From positions 1 to 54,404 of the forward strand of contig JBDTAW010000032.1 in NCBI GenBank assembly GCA_039924445.1: 54,404 nt of DNA. The letters run 5' to 3'. A program made the position numbers and the translations under genes. Source of the DNA: Gemmatimonadaceae bacterium (GTDB taxonomy: Bacteria > Gemmatimonadota > Gemmatimonadetes > Gemmatimonadales > Gemmatimonadaceae). Below the pieces are notes generated by a model, which saw only the letters and a list, made by a program, of their open reading frames with translations, did no database searches and was not told the DNA's origin. Positions 49,744-54,404 of this stretch are shown piece after piece; positions within the stretch are counted from its first letter, which is position 1; each line of letters starts with the position of its first letter.

Positions 49744-49772
49744 TTGACACGCGACCCAGGGTGGTTTAACAT
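49744..49772 (+). promoter_or_regulatory. Putative sigma70-type promoter (TTGACA-N17-TAACAT)
   Basis: Consensus -35 at 49744..49749, 17-nt spacer, and a TAnnnT-type -10 at 49767..49772. Confidence 0.3.
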
Positions 49773-49846
49773 CTACGCACAATCGTTGTCCCGTGGTGAT
49801 TTGCCGCCTATTGCAGCCACGTTAAACAAATCGCTAAAAAGCATGT

Positions 49847-49877
49847 AGCCCGCGGCCCGCCGCGGGCTTTGTGTTTT
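49847..49877 (+). terminator. Rho-independent terminator-like hairpin upstream of panB
   Basis: AGCCCGCGG-CCCG-CCGCGGGCT followed by TTGTGTTTT. Lies 126 nt after the preceding stop and 79 nt before the panB start. Confidence 0.6.
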
Positions 49878-49955
49878 CGAAACCATCCGAGCTTCGATTT
49901 GCTTGACGTTGCCACATGCCGCACACGGGACAGCACCTCAACAAGCGAGACACGC

Positions 49956-50852
49956 ATGGCCAGCAAAGTCACTCTCCGCACGCTCAATACGCTGCGCGAA
50001 CACCAGACGCCAGCTGTATTCATCACGGCGTACGACTACCCGACTGCTACCTTCGCAGAGCGCGCCGGAGTCGACATGATCCTTGTCGGCGACTCTGCCG
50101 CGATGACGATGATGGGGTTTCCCAACACACTCGGCGTATGCATGGATGAGATGATCGTGTTCGTCCGGAGCGTGTGCCGCGCCACAAAACGCGTGTTCGT
50201 TGTCGGGGACCTGCCGTTCCTCTCCTACCAGCCTTCGGATGAAACAGCGGTGTTGAACGCCGGTCGCTTCATCGCCGAGGGATGCGACGCAGTGAAGTGC
50301 GAGGGCGGCGTACGCGTCGCTCCGCGTGTACGCGCAATGGTCGACGCCGGCATCAATGTGATGGGACACCTCGGTCTCACACCGCAGAACATCGGCCAGC
50401 TCAGCGGCTATCGCGTTCAGGGAAAGACGCGAGCGGCCGTCGATCAACTTGTTGACGACGCCATCGCCCTCCAGGAAGCCGGCGCCTTCGCAATCCTGCT
50501 CGAAGCGATGCCGGCCGTTGCCGCGGAATATGTTCGCGAGCAAGTTGATATTCTCGTTTACGGCATCGGCGCTGGCCCACACGTCGACGGCCAACTCGTG
50601 ATTTCGCACGACATACTCGGAAATTTCGTCGGCGACATAGCGCCGCGATTCGCGAAACAGTACGCGTCGATCGGCTCGCAGGTCGAACTGGCTATCCGCA
50701 GCTATGCTGAAGATGTTCGCTCCGCGAGCTTCCCGGCGCCGGAGCACTGCTACCCTATCGAACCCCTCCACGAAGCGGAGATCCAGGGCTGTCGCGCTCA
50801 TAGAGGCAAACCGCGATCCGATCCGGTGCTTACCACTTGCGGACTGAGGTAG
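49956..50852 (+). CDS. panB: 3-methyl-2-oxobutanoate hydroxymethyltransferase
   Basis: ITAYDYPTA, ILVGDSAAMTMMGF, KCEGG and MGHLGLTPQ motifs. Start at MASKVTLRTL. Confidence 0.9.
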   Translation: MASKVTLRTLNTLREHQTPAVFITAYDYPTATFAERAGVDMILVGDSAAMTMMGFPNTLGVCMDEMIVFVRSVCRATKRVFVVGDLPFLSYQPSDETAVLNAGRFIAEGCDAVKCEGGVRVAPRVRAMVDAGINVMGHLGLTPQNIGQLSGYRVQGKTRAAVDQLVDDAIALQEAGAFAILLEAMPAVAAEYVREQVDILVYGIGAGPHVDGQLVISHDILGNFVGDIAPRFAKQYASIGSQVELAIRSYAEDVRSASFPAPEHCYPIEPLHEAEIQGCRAHRGKPRSDPVLTTCGLR

Positions 50853-50948
50853 AATCGCGCTCTGTTCTCTTCATCGGTCGCGACACTTCTCCCCATCAAC
50901 AGGCGATTGACCGGCGTTGTTTCGCCTGCATTCACCAAGATCCTCCAA

Positions 50949-52058
50949 ATGCGATCTGAGGCTTCCACAAGAACGAGCAATCCTGCGACCAACGGCAGAA
51001 TTCGCCGTGGCGTAATCGAGCGTTACGCAGAGTTCCTTCCGCTCACCGCGTCAACACCGCGTCTTTCGCTCGGCGAAGGTGATACACCGTTGCTTGCAGC
51101 ACCTCGATTGGCCGAGTGGATCGGAGTGAATGACCTTCATCTCAAGTACGAAGGCGCGAACCCCACGGGCTCCTTCAAGGATCGCGGGATGGTCGTCGCA
51201 GTTGCGAAAGCGATCGAAGCCGGTTCCACCACGATCATCTGTGCCTCGACAGGAAACACGTCAGCGAGCGCGGCGGCGTATGCGGCCCGTGCTGGGATTC
51301 GCGCGGTCGTCCTGCTACCTGCCGGAAACGTCGCTCGAGGCAAGCTGGCGCAGGCCGTAGTTGCGGGTGCGACCGTGATAATGCTCGACTGCAATTTCGA
51401 CGGCGCTTTGAACGTAGCTCGCGAGTTGGCAGCAAACTATCGCGTCGCGTTGGTGAATTCCGTCAACCCACACAGAATCACAGGCCAGAAAACAGCGGCG
51501 TTCGAAGTCTGTGATGCATTGGGCGATGCACCAGATGTTGTGGCGCTCCCGGTCGGTAACGGTGGCAACGTCACAGCATACGCTAGCGGTTTCGAGACAT
51601 TTCGTAAACTCAATCGTTCGACCCACTCGCCGATTTTTATCGGCGCCCAGGCAGCCGGCGCTGCGCCGCTAGTACTTGGAGCGCCAGTCGCAAACCCGGA
51701 AACAGTGGCGACAGCCATACGGATCGGGAACCCAGCCAGTTGGGATTCGGCTGTTAGCGCCGTCACCGAGTCGGGTGGCCGTTTCATCGCGGTCCCGGAC
51801 GACGCGATCCTCGAGGCCTACCACAACGTCGTCGAGATGGAAGGGATCTTCTGTGAACCAGCCTCGGCCGCCGGAATAGCCGCCCTGCGAATCCAGATTC
51901 GCTCGGGCGCAATCGGGAGGGACTTGAGTGCAGTGTGCATCCTTACAGGCAATGGCCTCAAGGATCCGGACCGCGCAACGCCGGAATCGTTCAATCCCGA
52001 GTCGGTAGAAGCCGATGCTTCTACTGTAGCCAGCAGTCTGGGTTTAGTCGGCCGCTAA
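50949..52058 (+). CDS. thrC: Threonine synthase
   Basis: LGEGDTPL, NPTGSFKDRGM (PLP lysine) and ASTGNTSAS motifs. The start is uncertain (50907 or 50949). Confidence 0.9.
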   Translation: MRSEASTRTSNPATNGRIRRGVIERYAEFLPLTASTPRLSLGEGDTPLLAAPRLAEWIGVNDLHLKYEGANPTGSFKDRGMVVAVAKAIEAGSTTIICASTGNTSASAAAYAARAGIRAVVLLPAGNVARGKLAQAVVAGATVIMLDCNFDGALNVARELAANYRVALVNSVNPHRITGQKTAAFEVCDALGDAPDVVALPVGNGGNVTAYASGFETFRKLNRSTHSPIFIGAQAAGAAPLVLGAPVANPETVATAIRIGNPASWDSAVSAVTESGGRFIAVPDDAILEAYHNVVEMEGIFCEPASAAGIAALRIQIRSGAIGRDLSAVCILTGNGLKDPDRATPESFNPESVEADASTVASSLGLVGR

Positions 52059-52227
52059 GTCAGTAGCGCGATGGCTCTCCGCCCTGCCTGCTGCACGGTA
52101 AGGTCGCCGCCTTTCTTCAACCTCCAGAGATGGGTTACCTGACAGGTCGTCGGTCGTATTCGATAAACGAATCTCTCAACGCTGCCCGGGGCGCCGCCCA
52201 AGGCACGCCCATTGGCGCAACGATCGA

Positions 52228-54393
52228 ATGAAGCAAGCTATACCGCTGCACCAAAGCGATTCCCCCGGGCCATCTGGCTCAGAAGTGGCCGCCACCCGCT
52301 CCGCCCGACGGCTTACCTTGGACATGCCGTCGCCCGCAAATGCGGCTCGCCGAGCTGCCCAGTCCAGCCGCTCAACCGCGACGCCCTGGGAAATCGCCGT
52401 TTTTACAACATCGACCACTGCCCTGATTCTGTTCGTCGTATGGGCAAGCAGCGACGCCCTGAGGCTCGGGAAGCCCGCGCCAAATGTACCCATCGTTACC
52501 CAGGTCCTTCTCGTCTTCCTGTCCGGTGCAGCCACAGCCCTCGGCTTGGGCGCATCGCGACGTCCAAATCTGGGATCCGCTACAAAACGCGCATGGCGCC
52601 TTTTCGCAGTAGCCCAGGCCGCAACCGGAATCGTAAGCATTTCGTGGGTCTTCCGAATGGCGACCGGTAGTACAGCTGCCGGCGGCCTCCCGCTGCAACT
52701 CATCGCGGCCTGCTACGACATCTTCCTGCTCTTCGCGCTCCTGAGCTTCCCTGTGCGCCGGATGCAGAACGCAGATCGCGCAACGTTCTGGTTCGACAGT
52801 GCAATCGTCGCCGGTGTTGCTACAGTTCTGATGTGGCACCTGCTGCTACGTACTGCGCTGGTTGCCGCTGGCTCCGATTGGCGTACTTCGATATACGCGC
52901 TCACATATCCTGTAGCCGACATCGTCCTGCTCTTTGCAACAGTGGTCCTCCTTCTGCGACGACCGCTATCGGGAAGCGTGCGCGCTATTCGCATACTGTT
53001 CGCAAGCATCGTGCTCAATACCGCAGCGGACGTGCTGTACATGTGGGCTTACATCGCCAAGGAAACGTACGGAGCGCGCTTCTTCTACATGGCGTGGGCG
53101 ATCGTAGCATGGATGGCCACCGCCGCAGCTTATTCGCAGGGAAAGAATATCTGGTTTGGGCTATTCTCGACCGACTCCGCTGTACGAGAACGTCGCGGGA
53201 TGGCGCCGAGCCTCATCCCGTACGTCGCAATCCTCGCGATCTACGTCACTCTTCTTGTAGAAGTCTTTCGCACCGAATCGCACAATGCTGCAAGCGCGCT
53301 CACTCTTGGCCCGAACGCGCTGCTGATTGCAAAATATCCGGTGACCGCACTGGTCGTCGGCGCTGTGGTCGTAACAGCGATAGTCATTGCGCGACAGGTC
53401 GCGGCGCAGCGAAAGAATGCGGAACTCGCTGCGGAGCGGCTCGCCCGTGAAGCACACTTCCGTGCGCTCGTACAGCACTCGTCTGACATGGTGCTGGTGC
53501 TGGATGCCTCCGGCCTCGTGCGCGAAGCGAGCCCGGCCGTCGAGCGCGTGCTCGGCCACGGCCCGGAGTCGGTCATTGGTCGGCCGTTTCACAAATTCTT
53601 TGTTGCAGATGAGATGAGCGCAGTCCAGGCCGACATCGCACAGGCGATCGCAGCGACTGACAGTTACGCAGCAACCGGTGGTGCTGTTGAATGGCGCGTG
53701 AGAGACGCGAACGGTAGTGAACGTTGGATCGAAGCGATTTGCACAAATCTTCTCGACGATCCAGTCGTCCACGGTTTGGTTATCAACGGTCGCGACGTGA
53801 GCGAGCGCAAGCAGCTCGAAGCCGAGTTGACGCATCGAGCGTATCATGACCCACTGACAGGCCTTGTCAACGCGGCTCGCTTCCGCCTGAAGATCGCCGA
53901 CGCAATAGCGCACGCTGGCACGGGCTCGCGCCCTGGTGATGGACGAAGTGGCCTCGCGATCCTGTATATCGATCTCGATGGCTTCAAGGCTGTCAACGAC
54001 ATGTTTGGTCACGATGCCGGCGACATTGTTCTGGCAACAATCGCAGATCGCCTTCGCGACGCTACTCGCGGATCGGATACCGCCGCCCGCCTCGGTGGCG
54101 ATGAGTTTGCCATTCTGCTTGAACGCCTGCGCGACGAAGACGAAGTTCGCATGGTTGCTAAACGCGTCCTGCAACTCGTCCATCGGCCCGTACGAATCGA
54201 TCACCGGGAAGCGGTAGTGGACGCCAGCATCGGCATTGTATGCACATCGCTCGGTGTGACCGGTGGCGCCGTCCCGGCCACAATCGACACGGATGCTCTA
54301 CTGCGTCAGGCTGATACTGCTATGTACGCCGCCAAGGCTCGTGGATGCGGACAGTTCGAGTTCTACTCGCCCACTGCCGGCGCTGGCGCCTGA
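52228..54393 (+). CDS. Membrane-bound PAS-GGDEF diguanylate cyclase
   Basis: N-terminal block of about 8 TM, a PAS-like segment (HSSDMVLVLDASGLVREASPAVERVLG), then a GGDEF domain (YHDPLTGL ... RLGGDEFAILL). The start codon is uncertain (52228 or 52324). Confidence 0.85.
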   Translation: MKQAIPLHQSDSPGPSGSEVAATRSARRLTLDMPSPANAARRAAQSSRSTATPWEIAVFTTSTTALILFVVWASSDALRLGKPAPNVPIVTQVLLVFLSGAATALGLGASRRPNLGSATKRAWRLFAVAQAATGIVSISWVFRMATGSTAAGGLPLQLIAACYDIFLLFALLSFPVRRMQNADRATFWFDSAIVAGVATVLMWHLLLRTALVAAGSDWRTSIYALTYPVADIVLLFATVVLLLRRPLSGSVRAIRILFASIVLNTAADVLYMWAYIAKETYGARFFYMAWAIVAWMATAAAYSQGKNIWFGLFSTDSAVRERRGMAPSLIPYVAILAIYVTLLVEVFRTESHNAASALTLGPNALLIAKYPVTALVVGAVVVTAIVIARQVAAQRKNAELAAERLAREAHFRALVQHSSDMVLVLDASGLVREASPAVERVLGHGPESVIGRPFHKFFVADEMSAVQADIAQAIAATDSYAATGGAVEWRVRDANGSERWIEAICTNLLDDPVVHGLVINGRDVSERKQLEAELTHRAYHDPLTGLVNAARFRLKIADAIAHAGTGSRPGDGRSGLAILYIDLDGFKAVNDMFGHDAGDIVLATIADRLRDATRGSDTAARLGGDEFAILLERLRDEDEVRMVAKRVLQLVHRPVRIDHREAVVDASIGIVCTSLGVTGGAVPATIDTDALLRQADTAMYAAKARGCGQFEFYSPTAGAGA

Positions 54394-54404
54394 AGAGAGC
54401 AATG

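Noticed and set aside
49938-50801. 287-aa minus-strand ORF antisense to panB
   Set aside because: The panB motifs on the plus strand are unambiguous, and the antisense product has no motif.
52176-52703. 175-aa minus-strand ORF upstream of and overlapping the GGDEF gene
   Set aside because: Arg-rich with no motif. It overlaps the membrane N-terminus of the diguanylate cyclase on the other strand.
53161-54204. 347-aa minus-strand ORF antisense to the PAS-GGDEF gene
   Set aside because: The plus strand carries the GGDEF signature. The antisense ORF is a high-GC artefact.

Overview
High-GC bacterial chromosomal fragment. The gene content (duplicated ADOP/FtsX permeases, a sortilin/BNR protein, many secreted M14/M16/M28 peptidases, TPR proteins) suggests a soil Gemmatimonadota- or Acidobacteriota-like organism; that assignment is inference only. 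The window has two parts. (1) Positions 1 to about 7900 look accessory. About ten small ORFs lie mostly on the minus strand: rhodanese, two VOC/glyoxalase proteins, a cupin, three SnoaL/DUF4440-like proteins, an ICMT-family methyltransferase, DUF4345 and a small membrane protein. They are separated by imperfect inverted repeats whose ends fit the integron attC core consensus (RYYYAAC ... GTTRRRY). The array ends at a roughly 63-codon fragment with integron-integrase (IntI) C-terminal motifs ([26 protein letters not shown]). I read this as a decayed chromosomal integron (truncated intI, CALIN-like). Several genes in it are broken: a frameshift at a homopolymer, an in-frame TAA, and a peptidase remnant. 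A second, unrelated repeat family is scattered through it: a 54-58 nt near-perfect palindrome, GGGTCAGATCTTGCGTGATGCACA...TGTGCATCACGCAAGATCTGACCCC. (2) Positions 8000 to 54404 are ordinary core chromosome. They hold a sortilin/BNR protein, DUF4397, a decayed ADOP permease pseudogene, a co-directional M14 peptidase / ADOP permease / OPT transporter string, rpiB, an MFS transporter, a VWA protein, osmC, gltA, dut, acs, a VKOR-DsbA pair, a pgsA-like gene, M16 and M28 peptidases, two TPR proteins, an O-antigen-ligase-like protein, acnA, panB, thrC and a PAS-GGDEF cyclase. I found no rRNA, tRNA or CRISPR array. I do not see a clearly novel multi-gene system. The best candidates for follow-up are the decayed integron with its unusual short collapsed core palindromes, the palindromic repeat family, and a promoter/terminator-bracketed element of about 100 nt upstream of panB. 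All homology calls come from motif recognition by eye and were not checked against databases.
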